Assembly (NCBI GenBank): GCA_947085855.1
Contig: CAMTYB010000001.1
Span: 737,421 to 801,420 of the forward strand
DNA length: 64,000 nucleotides
Direction of reading: 5' to 3'
Origin: an uncultured Candidatus Saccharibacteria bacterium
GTDB lineage: Bacteria; Patescibacteriota; Saccharimonadia; Saccharimonadales; 2-12-FULL-41-12
Shown here: positions 50,953 through 58,473 of the stretch, one piece after another
Layout of the letters: every line of letters starts with the position of its first letter
How positions within the stretch are numbered: position 1 is the first letter of the stretch
The notes under the pieces: model-generated
The model's input: only the letters and a program-made list of their open reading frames with translations
Told to the model about the DNA's origin: nothing
Databases searched by the model: none
Position numbers and translations under genes: made by a program

Positions 50953-52495
50953 TACGAGCATTATCGGACACTTCGGTGTCCTTTTTGTTTGTCGCCAATC
51001 TGATAAGAGGACTAATTTCAGGGGTGTAAACATTTTTATTGTTGTCCAAGTAAAATCCACCTGGAAAAATGATTTGTTTACACTTTTGGACATCCTCAGG
51101 TGTTAGCGAGAAGAAGCTCTCTTTCAGGTTAATGGCGAAGTTGAATGCGAAGTCTAGAAAACGCTGCCTATCAGTATCAGATTTTTCATTCAGTGTCGCT
51201 TGCTCTTCTTCGAGGCTTGTTATTTGAGATTTCATCTTTTCAATATTAGACATAATCTCTTGCTTAATTGGCTTATTCGATGGATCAATGGCAGCCAACG
51301 CACGATTATCTATATCCTGACGAAGAGAGTTAATCTGCTTGCCGACACGAGCACTGTCCTGCTTGGCTTGGGCATTCTTTCTATTCCAGACATTATCTAG
51401 GGCTTCTGACAGGTTTCTTATGCCCGCTTCAGACACGGGGTTATCAATAAATAGTTGAGCAACTTTTGAGTGCAATTCGTCTCGGGTAATCAAGAGGCCA
51501 CAGGAACGACATTTATACCTAGCATAAATAACATTATGATTTTTACCGTTATCGTGGTCGAACCCGACCAACTTACCTTTGTTTTTTAGTTCTAAGCAGG
51601 TGTTGTGTTGAGTAATAGTGTTTAGTGGAAAATTTGGGTTGCCGTTCTTTCGAGGTCCGGTTTGATTTTTCTTCTTATCCGTAAATATTCTTACCAATTC
51701 ATAATGCTGATCCAGAGTGATTAGGGGATCGTGTAAGCCGTCTTCATTGCGTACTTTGACCTGTTGGTTAATCTCGACAGTGCCAGCATAGAATGGATCA
51801 GTAGCTATATTACGAAATTTGTCCATTTTTAATGGTGCTCGTTCTGAGGTGTAATCGCTTTTGTTTAATTCAATCAATCCATTAGTAGGAGTAACTGCAT
51901 GTTCCGCTATGCGTACTAGTACATTACGTAGAGCAGTACCTCTGACTGGATGTATCTCTGGCACCCCCGTTCGTGCCCCTTTCATATAGCCAGCTTTGGG
52001 ATGAAATGTATATCTTCCATCTTTGAGAGCAGTTGTATGGCCGGAAATGGATTTATGTATACGCTCCTCGTTGCTACCTTCAGCCTTGTATGCCTCAAGC
52101 ATTAGAAGCAGTGTATTGGCAGCGTTGTCTGTATTGAGAGTTGGCTGTGAAGCAAAGACAACCTTCACACCATGATTGTTAAATTGAACCAGGAAATACC
52201 CTATCTCAAGTATTGAACGCATAAAACGGTCAAGCTCATCGATGATTACATACTTAATTTGTTTATTCTGTTTACAAAGCTCCAACATTTCCTCTAAGTC
52301 TTTACGCTTCACATTGGTGCCAGCTTTACTACTGACACTTCCTGACCACACACGTATAATTTCTACACCAAGTTTCTCGGCGGCAGCATAAACAGAAGTT
52401 TCCTGACGAGACAGACTGTTATTCTCTTCTTGTTCTACACTCGATACCCTGCAGTTTGCTATTGCTAGTATTTTCTTAGACGTCATTTTTGCCAC
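50888..52495 (-). CDS. large serine recombinase (integrase)
   Basis: 535 aa. The N-terminal resolvase catalytic domain reads AIANCRVSSVEQEENNSLSRQ. It also has a recombinase domain, the zinc ribbon YKCRSCG and a long coiled coil. The last ~22 codons read antisense through tRNA-Gly. Confidence 0.88.
   Translation of the reverse strand: MAKMTSKKILAIANCRVSSVEQEENNSLSRQETSVYAAAEKLGVEIIRVWSGSVSSKAGTNVKRKDLEEMLELCKQNKQIKYVIIDELDRFMRSILEIGYFLVQFNNHGVKVVFASQPTLNTDNAANTLLLMLEAYKAEGSNEERIHKSISGHTTALKDGRYTFHPKAGYMKGARTGVPEIHPVRGTALRNVLVRIAEHAVTPTNGLIELNKSDYTSERAPLKMDKFRNIATDPFYAGTVEINQQVKVRNEDGLHDPLITLDQHYELVRIFTDKKKNQTGPRKNGNPNFPLNTITQHNTCLELKNKGKLVGFDHDNGKNHNVIYARYKCRSCGLLITRDELHSKVAQLFIDNPVSEAGIRNLSEALDNVWNRKNAQAKQDSARVGKQINSLRQDIDNRALAAIDPSNKPIKQEIMSNIEKMKSQITSLEEEQATLNEKSDTDRQRFLDFAFNFAINLKESFFSLTPEDVQKCKQIIFPGGFYLDNNKNVYTPEISPLIRLATNKKDTEVSDNARMVRVRRLKLLASSLARKRSIN
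50966..50986 (+). terminator. rho-independent terminator of the tRNA operon, supplied by the island side of attL
   Basis: GGACAC-TTCG-GTGTCC followed by TTTTT. Confidence 0.6.
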
Positions 52496-52709
52496 CTTGA
52501 TTTCTGTTTAATTCTATTACTGGACAATTGCTATTATATATGTCATAGATAAGTTCTGCCAAATCAAAAGCATCCCTTTTTCTTTGCTGTAAAGGAGTTG
52601 GTTCTGCGGTGTTTTTATCTTCGTCTTGATTTTTTTGTGTTGACTTGTGAGGAGGTGGAGCTGAAAAAGCAAGCTTTGACCCAACAGACACCTCTAATGG
52701 ATGAGACAT
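52476..52709 (-). CDS. small hypothetical protein upstream of and overlapping the integrase start
   Basis: 77 aa, overlapping the recombinase ORF by 20 nt. No motif recognised. It could be an accessory or directionality factor, or it could be non-coding. Confidence 0.35.
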   Translation of the reverse strand: MSHPLEVSVGSKLAFSAPPPHKSTQKNQDEDKNTAEPTPLQQRKRDAFDLAELIYDIYNSNCPVIELNRNQGGKNDV

Positions 52710-53086
52710 ATAGTCCCTTTCATTAGTGCCAGTCGGGGCATGATCCGACTTTAGCGTTTTAGGTTTCTGTGGGGAATTATTAGTTTGTTCGTATTAGCCG
52801 AACAGTTAGGCTACTATGCCAAAAGCTCACTCACTACTTATGACCTAATTATACGCTTATGCTTGCAAATTGTCAAGTTTTTGATGATAAAATATGCCGT
52901 TGGTACCGTGCAGTCTCCGAAAAAAGTATGTGAGCTGTTGCTAGTAATGTATGAGATCTAAAAGATGAACGAGAATACCCTCTGTAACCTCTCTGGAGAC
53001 GCCTAGAGCGTGTTTGGGCATTAAGTTGAGTAAATGTCCATTCTGTATAATTAGTAATAGAAATCAAAAAAATAAAGAGGAGCTTT

Positions 53087-53320
53087 ATGACTACGAAAAA
53101 TGCGATAGGCAGACCATTGAAAGTAGATGCTAAAGTCATAACAAAGTTGATGGCTGCACTACAAACCAACTCTAATATTAAAGACGCATGTAGCTATGCA
53201 GGTATTAGCCGTCAGACTTATTACTTTTACCAAAATAATGAATCTGTGTCCGCCGAAAAAATGAAAATAGCCAGAAATAATAGGAACAAATTGATGATGA
53301 GTTTTCTGACAGTTTGGTAG
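53087..53320 (+). CDS. small helix-turn-helix protein (resolvase-type HTH)
   Basis: 77 aa with a strong SD (AAAGAGGAG). GRPLKVDAKVITKLMAALQTNSNIKDACSYAGISRQTYYFY resembles GRP...HTH_7-type DNA-binding domains. Confidence 0.6.
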   Translation: MTTKNAIGRPLKVDAKVITKLMAALQTNSNIKDACSYAGISRQTYYFYQNNESVSAEKMKIARNNRNKLMMSFLTVW

Positions 53321-53418
53321 CTAAACCAGTTTCGTTTGCTATGTTTTTAAGAAAAATGGTGTCAGATAAAGTAATAATTAATCGACACCCTGTTTCGTAT
53401 CTGTTTTTATGACATAAT

Positions 53419-56343
53419 ATGAGCATGAACAATGGGTTAAGGCTGTTTAAGACTGTATTTTCAACATATCCTAAGAGGCAAACTTTTTTTATTGCTATTA
53501 TTCTTGCGACTATTGCATTGTTTTACTTTATCTTCAAGCTTGATGCACATAGTATTGGCATAAGACTTCCGGTTGTCTTGGCTGGATTTATATCTGGAGA
53601 ACACGAACTGGAGTTTATCACTGATGTATCAACATTTTTCGGACTTGTCTTGGGTATTGCCATTCCATTTGGTATTGAAATTGTTCAGACAGTCTCAAAA
53701 AATTTCTCAAATTCTAAGGTTTTAAGGTCACGCTTCAGAGACGAGTGGCAGATGATTGTGCTTGTACCTTTCTATATCGCAACACTATTGGTTGCGGTTT
53801 CCTCTCGCATGTTCATTAATGACACCCATCCTGACCTTGAGCGTGCCGTGTCGTTCAGCCTTCTCATATGTTTGTTTATCGGCATACTAATATTTGCAAA
53901 ATATATAAATAGACTTTATTTGTACACTCTTGACCATCGTCAGTTAAAGAGCGAGATAGAATCAGATCTAGGCAGCACGGTCGGTATTAATAAGTCTAAA
54001 TTCTCTGATTACATAGAAGGATTTGGCGATATTGCAGTTACTGAGGTTAAAAACAATGATAGTAAAGCAGTACTTACGGAATCGCTACCATTCTTAGAGA
54101 ATATTATTGAGCAAATTGTACCTAAGGGCGACCTAGAAAATGCAGAGAAGTTTTTGCTTAATGATGAATTTTGGGAGATGTATAAGCGTGGTAAAGTTGC
54201 AAAAACCGAATCCGAAAAGGCAGAAGAAGATACTGAGCTAGAAGATCCAAAATTTGTTGATTGGACTGAAGAAGCAAAGATGCGGCTATATTTTGACCCC
54301 GAAAAATACGTGTCATCTTACTCAAATGTGATTCAGCAAATAGAAAGAATATATCGTGAAGCAATAAAAAACAAAGATGATGAGCTGGCACGTAATGCCG
54401 CCTATTCGTTTACCAGAATACTCAAATATTTAACTTCAGAGCCTCAACGAGATTTATATGTAGAAATGCTCCTTAAAAAGATGGCGTTTTTATTGAGAGA
54501 CGCAGTCAAGTTCGATACTGTCTCTAAATATGCACTCGCAACTGATTGGTATACTTCGGTCGTCTTTGATAGTTTTGGCGACACTGAATTCGATATTAGC
54601 TACTTGGGCACTGTGAATAAATACCTTTATATGAATCTTAAGTTCTTTGTTAATGAGGATCACAAAGATTTGTTTGAGTCATTTATTGGGCATTTAGTCG
54701 ATGGTAGCATGGGCTTCCAATCATTCGATCGAATATGGGACTTGAGCAATCTACCACTAAGAACGAATAATCAATACACAACCGATTATGACGAAATACA
54801 TAACATGACTACGGAAATTGAAAATGCGAGAAGCCAGATCGAAAAGACAGAAGATTTAGATGAATGGATTAAAAGATTAGACTCACTTCTTAAATTGGTT
54901 CTTAAGTCGTTATCGAAAAAATCAGATAAAGCTGAAGCAAAGAAGATCTATGAGAAAGCAAAATCTGACACGGTCGAGTTATATAAAAGTAATAATATGA
55001 TTGGACAGATTTTTTCATTGAATATGTACTGCTTCTTTAAGAGGAAGTATGACTTCGTGAAGAAGGTCATTGATTACAAACAGCCGGAGGACTCTGATGC
55101 AAGCTGGGGTGGAAGCGATATACAGCCTAATACCCCGAATGACATAGTAGCTTTCTTCTACCGTAAGGGTTATTACGATAGGGATGAGCATTTTTTTGAA
55201 GGACACCACGGTAGTCGAATATATACAAACGAGTATTTTCTAATCTTACTGCTAACAAGCTTGAAACGATCGAGCACAGCAGAGGTGTCTGTCACAGGCA
55301 TTAAAAGTGCCTACAGATTAAGTGATATTACATTCACCCATGACTATTTAGTTTCAGTAGCCAACGAACGACTGAAGACTAATAATGACATGCTAGAAAC
55401 ATTTAATATTTCAGTTGAAGATATAGACGATATACTTTTGCCTGCATTGGAATCAATCAAATCGCAGGCGGAAGCAGCTATGGAGGCACTAGAACAATCA
55501 AATACGATTGAACCTGACAAGGTTAAGGAATTTAAGGACGAGGTACTTAAAACATATAAGGAAGGGGCTGTAGTAAGACAACTCTTTGAGCATTTTGGAC
55601 AGATTACTGCCGATGATACTTACATTGAGGGTAATGAGCCACCTCGTTTTGGGATTTATAAAGTAGATCAAAAAGCCCCATTCTTTAAGGAATGGAATGT
55701 TTCATACGGCAGACAGGGTGAGTCATACGGTTCGAGTCTAGCCCCTGCCGAGAACTTACACATGTATAACGAACTTAGAGAGAGTGTATCTAAAACATTC
55801 GATGATGTAACACAAGCTCTTGAGTTATGTGACCCGAAAAGTACTGTTCTACTAATGCCAAGTAAGATTCTGTATAGGTACGAGGAAGACTCTGCATTCA
55901 TACCGAAATGGCAGTCCAAGAGATCTCTGGGCGAAATAGAAGATATGCACGGTTATAGCGGTTACTATGAGTATGGCAAGGAAGCAATTCCTGTATTCGA
56001 AATAGGCTACCCATCAAAAGAGCGGGATGAATTTATGGTGATCGACTTTTCAAAGTCTGGGAAAATTAAGAACCTCAATCCATCTGGCAAGGAAACTCAA
56101 GAGGGAGATGTCTTGGAAAACCTATCAGTCAGTGTCCAGGCATTTATGGATAATGATGAGCTAATGAATATGTACTTAGATGAGCCACCAAAATGGCTTG
56201 CTGATATATCTACGGATCGTGAGAAGCGGAAGGTATATCTTATGAAGCGGGTAGCGATCAGAGTATTTACTCGATACGTAATCACTAAACCAAAAGACAG
56301 GAAGATCTACCTGATCCAACTGCAGTCCGAGAAAAAAGTCTAG
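53419..56343 (+). CDS. 974-aa protein of unknown function, with an N-terminal multi-TM module and a large soluble region
   Basis: The ORF is long and uninterrupted in an AT-rich context. About 5 hydrophobic helices lie within residues ~22-162, and the remaining ~800 aa are K/E/D-rich and helical-looking. I could find no P-loop, nuclease, protease or kinase motif. The extended -10 TGACATAAT (53410-18) abuts the first ATG, so the ATG at 53425 is an alternative start. Confidence 0.7.
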   Translation: MSMNNGLRLFKTVFSTYPKRQTFFIAIILATIALFYFIFKLDAHSIGIRLPVVLAGFISGEHELEFITDVSTFFGLVLGIAIPFGIEIVQTVSKNFSNSKVLRSRFRDEWQMIVLVPFYIATLLVAVSSRMFINDTHPDLERAVSFSLLICLFIGILIFAKYINRLYLYTLDHRQLKSEIESDLGSTVGINKSKFSDYIEGFGDIAVTEVKNNDSKAVLTESLPFLENIIEQIVPKGDLENAEKFLLNDEFWEMYKRGKVAKTESEKAEEDTELEDPKFVDWTEEAKMRLYFDPEKYVSSYSNVIQQIERIYREAIKNKDDELARNAAYSFTRILKYLTSEPQRDLYVEMLLKKMAFLLRDAVKFDTVSKYALATDWYTSVVFDSFGDTEFDISYLGTVNKYLYMNLKFFVNEDHKDLFESFIGHLVDGSMGFQSFDRIWDLSNLPLRTNNQYTTDYDEIHNMTTEIENARSQIEKTEDLDEWIKRLDSLLKLVLKSLSKKSDKAEAKKIYEKAKSDTVELYKSNNMIGQIFSLNMYCFFKRKYDFVKKVIDYKQPEDSDASWGGSDIQPNTPNDIVAFFYRKGYYDRDEHFFEGHHGSRIYTNEYFLILLLTSLKRSSTAEVSVTGIKSAYRLSDITFTHDYLVSVANERLKTNNDMLETFNISVEDIDDILLPALESIKSQAEAAMEALEQSNTIEPDKVKEFKDEVLKTYKEGAVVRQLFEHFGQITADDTYIEGNEPPRFGIYKVDQKAPFFKEWNVSYGRQGESYGSSLAPAENLHMYNELRESVSKTFDDVTQALELCDPKSTVLLMPSKILYRYEEDSAFIPKWQSKRSLGEIEDMHGYSGYYEYGKEAIPVFEIGYPSKERDEFMVIDFSKSGKIKNLNPSGKETQEGDVLENLSVSVQAFMDNDELMNMYLDEPPKWLADISTDREKRKVYLMKRVAIRVFTRYVITKPKDRKIYLIQLQSEKKV

Positions 56344-56345
56344 TA

Positions 56346-57221
56346 ATGAGTACCACGAAAGTCGAAGAAATAAATTCAATGTTTTTCGGAGACGAAAGGA
56401 CACACCGCTATCTATTAGACGTGTATCGAGAGTGTGTCGAGAAATTTATAGTAGCAAATGTGCTGGTTGAAGTCTGGGCACGAACAAAGGCAGGACATGA
56501 GCATATTAAGGGCAGGAACTGCAATACATGTGCTGTGTTCTTTCAGATTTATTATTCTTGCGTTGATTCGACATTCTTGCACCTGCGTTTGTTATTCTCT
56601 AAAAAAGAACCAGCCCTTGCGAGTTCTTTCTTGGAATCAGTCAAAGCTCTAGAAATGAAGGATTTTAAGAAATATTATGACGCTAAGTATGATCATAAAA
56701 TAAATAAAGATGAGCAAAAAGTTATTGAGCCACTATTTGTTCTGGCAGAAGATAATACTCAAAAAATATCCGACTTGTATTTGAAGCGTATCGAACCGTA
56801 CCAGGCATTTGCGTTCCATCAACCTAAAGACGGTAAGTATTATAAAGTTACTACAAGTGAGCGAGCCGATGAAGGTATGAGGTTTGTCACACATACCCTT
56901 GAGAAGAAATTCAAAAGAGACCTACAGCCTGCAAAAGAAATGCTAGAGTTGATTGCAGATGTCATCCATCTTTATTTGAGACTATCCAGTAAGTACTATC
57001 ATGTCCTAAAAATTTATCCTAAAAATTACGTTAATGAGATGGTATCAATACTAGGCGTAGAGAGTGTTGGCGAGACAACGATTTCTGAAATGATTAATAA
57101 TGCCACAATTGCCACAGAGAAACTCATACATCTACTTGAATGTAGCGGTGGCTTGGATAGTCATAATGGGTTACTTGTTGCAAAATTACAATCTGCACTA
57201 AGAAGCGATAGCAATTGCTAG
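56346..57221 (+). CDS. 291-aa soluble all-alpha-looking protein of unknown function, coupled to the 974-aa gene
   Basis: Only 2 nt separate the upstream stop (TAG at 56341-43) from its ATG (56346). It has no TM segment and no recognised motif. Confidence 0.7.
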   Translation: MSTTKVEEINSMFFGDERTHRYLLDVYRECVEKFIVANVLVEVWARTKAGHEHIKGRNCNTCAVFFQIYYSCVDSTFLHLRLLFSKKEPALASSFLESVKALEMKDFKKYYDAKYDHKINKDEQKVIEPLFVLAEDNTQKISDLYLKRIEPYQAFAFHQPKDGKYYKVTTSERADEGMRFVTHTLEKKFKRDLQPAKEMLELIADVIHLYLRLSSKYYHVLKIYPKNYVNEMVSILGVESVGETTISEMINNATIATEKLIHLLECSGGLDSHNGLLVAKLQSALRSDSNC

Positions 57222-57355
57222 TGCCTAGTGTAAGTACCAGCACTCACCTTATACCAGAGAACTCACGATATTGAACGTTTAACAGCGACCTCCATCGGTT
57301 GTATTCATCCCGTATAGAGTGAAAACTTTTTTCCATATCCTGCACCATGAAAAGA

Positions 57356-57379
57356 GTCGATCTTCGGATCGGCTTTTTT
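57356..57379 (+). terminator. rho-independent terminator of the cargo operon
   Basis: GTCGATC-TTCG-GATCGGC (one GU pair) followed by TTTTTT. It is preceded by an A-run, so it may act bidirectionally. Confidence 0.6.
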
Positions 57380-57419
57380 CATGCATGGTCACGGGCGCAA
57401 ACTCCATGCCCGTCAGGGC

Positions 57420-57501
57420 AGAGTTTGATAATTGGAAGCTCTCGCAGAAGCTCGCTTCGAGAAAGCTGAACAATTTCCGCCCTGTCTCCTCACCCGCACC
57501 A
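57420..57501 (+). repeat. 82-bp direct repeat R1 (attR of the island); its last 18 nt equal the tRNA-Gly 3' end
   Basis: AGAGTTTGATAATTGGAAGCTCTCGCAGAAGCTCGCTTCGAGAAAGCTGAACAATTTCCGCCCTGTCTCCTCACCCGCACCA. It is identical to R2 at 76 of 82 positions. Confidence 0.85.
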
Positions 57502-57517
57502 ACCATAAGCACTATGA

Positions 57518-57541
57518 AAAGAGACCTCAAGGTCTCTTTTT
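57518..57541 (+). terminator. rho-independent terminator immediately after R1
   Basis: AAAGAGACC-TCAA-GGTCTCTTT followed by TT. Confidence 0.55.
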
Positions 57542-57591
57542 GATACCTGAGGATAATAAGTCTATTATAGGTTTATAAACAGAGGAGTATC

Positions 57592-58191
57592 ATGCGAAAA
57601 ATTATTGTCCAAGAATTTGTCACAATTGATGGCGTAATGCAAGCACCAGGCGGTCCGGAGGAAGACCCGACAGCCAAATTTGAATTTGGAGGTTGGCAAG
57701 CCCCATTTATGGACGACGATGCAGCGGAATTAGTAACTGGTCCAGCACTCAAGGCTGATGTTGAATATTTACTAGGGGGATACACATTTGACATATGGTC
57801 CGGCTATTGGCCCAAGCACGGTCAAATTTGGCCATTTATAAATGACAATATGAAGTATGTTTTATCGGCTACAAAGACCGAAACGAACTGGCAAAACACC
57901 ACTTTCCTGCGAAACGTGGAAGATATTACAAAGTTGAAGAACTCAAATGGTCCTGACCTCCACGTTTGGGGCAGTAGTAAGTTGGTGCAATTACTCCTTG
58001 CAAACGATCTTGTAGACGAACTCTGTCTTATGACCTATCCGATTATTCTTGGTCAAGGAAAAAAGCTTTTCAGCGATAATGCAGTTCCAAGAACATTCAC
58101 GCTCATTGAAAATCATGTCGGTAGCAAAGGTGTCATTGTCGCTCGCTACGCACGCGCGGGTGCAATTGAAACTGGCATAGTCGGCGAATAA
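57592..58191 (+). CDS. dihydrofolate reductase-like protein (RibD C-terminal domain family)
   Basis: 199 aa. MRKIIVQEFVTIDGVMQAPGG... and ...LHVWGSSKLVQLLLANDLVDELCLMTYPIILGQGKKLF are typical of the RibD_C/YwjB-like family. Confidence 0.8.
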   Translation: MRKIIVQEFVTIDGVMQAPGGPEEDPTAKFEFGGWQAPFMDDDAAELVTGPALKADVEYLLGGYTFDIWSGYWPKHGQIWPFINDNMKYVLSATKTETNWQNTTFLRNVEDITKLKNSNGPDLHVWGSSKLVQLLLANDLVDELCLMTYPIILGQGKKLFSDNAVPRTFTLIENHVGSKGVIVARYARAGAIETGIVGE

Positions 58192-58276
58192 CTTCAATAG
58201 ATTATTCTATTCTTGATTATGCTACTGACTGGGATGGTAGGTGCACCTAGCAACTTACCATCCACTAGCGCATCAA

Positions 58277-58358
58277 AGAGTTTGACAATTGGAAGCTCTA
58301 GCAGAAGCTTGCTTCGAGAAAGCTGAACAATTTCTGACTTGTCTCCTCACCCGCACCA
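58277..58358 (+). repeat. 82-bp direct repeat R2 (outermost attR); probably carries the original tRNA-Gly 3' end
   Basis: AGAGTTTGACAATTGGAAGCTCTAGCAGAAGCTTGCTTCGAGAAAGCTGAACAATTTCTGACTTGTCTCCTCACCCGCACCA. Confidence 0.85.
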
Positions 58359-58395
58359 ATTACAGAAACGGTGTACTTCTGTTAAAATAACAGAT

Positions 58396-58468
58396 GATGC
58401 GGTGACCGAGAACAGGTGGTAGCTTGCAAAGCTACATACGGCAGCTTCGTGTCTGCCCCGCATCTCCA
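58396..58468 (+). tRNA. tRNA-Cys(GCA)-like gene with atypical D- and T-loops (could be a pseudo-tRNA)
   Basis: Hand-folded. Acceptor GATGCGG/CCGCATC with discriminator T followed by CCA, as expected for Cys. The anticodon arm is GTAGC-TTGCAAA-GCTAC. The D-loop has no GG, and the T-arm GGCAG-CTTCGTGT-CTGCC has an 8-nt loop lacking A58. Confidence 0.5.
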
Positions 58469-58473
58469 AAATT

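Larger units (their letters stand above)
50935..57501. mobile_element. integrative island at the 3' end of tRNA-Gly(GCC): serine recombinase, small accessory ORFs and a two-gene cargo
   Basis: The exact 18-bp direct repeat GTCTCCTCACCCGCACCA is present at 50935-50952 and 57484-57501. A recombinase gene abuts attL. The interior is visibly more AT-rich than the flanking core genes. Confidence 0.8.
57484..58358. mobile_element. integrase-less mini-island or remnant bounded by R1 and R2, carrying one DHFR-like gene
   Basis: It is flanked by the two 82-bp repeats, each ending in the 18-bp tRNA-Gly 3' sequence. It contains only the ORF at 57592..58191. Confidence 0.6.

Noticed and set aside
50793-51106. 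ORFs 50793..51029 and 50819..51106 on the plus strand.
   Set aside because: They are translations straight through tRNA-Phe, tRNA-Gly and the terminator, so they are not protein-coding.
52873-53169. A 98-aa minus-strand ORF overlapping the HTH gene start and its SD.
   Set aside because: It conflicts with a plus-strand ORF that has a strong SD and a clear HTH motif. Its composition looks like AT-rich noise.
56346-57221. A HEPN/AbiU2-type call for the 291-aa cargo protein, based on an all-alpha look and KRIEPYQAFAFH.
   Set aside because: The R-to-H spacing is 9 residues, not the Rx4-6H of HEPN, and RFVTH is Rx3H. No confident motif is present, so the protein is left as unknown.
57420-57501. 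The idea that the 82-bp repeats are tRNA-Gly 3' halves carrying a ~55-nt T-loop insertion or intron, because AGAGTTTGA echoes the T-arm GGAGTTTGA.
   Set aside because: Only 8 contiguous nt match, there is no 5' tRNA half, and no intron-like structure is evident. An attP-arm origin is simpler. It is kept as a remark inside the repeat finding only.
57279-57543. ORFs on both strands (57279..57530 minus, 57319..57543 plus) spanning the R1 att repeat.
   Set aside because: They cover terminators and the att repeat, have no start signals and have odd compositions. The region is better explained as the island's end.
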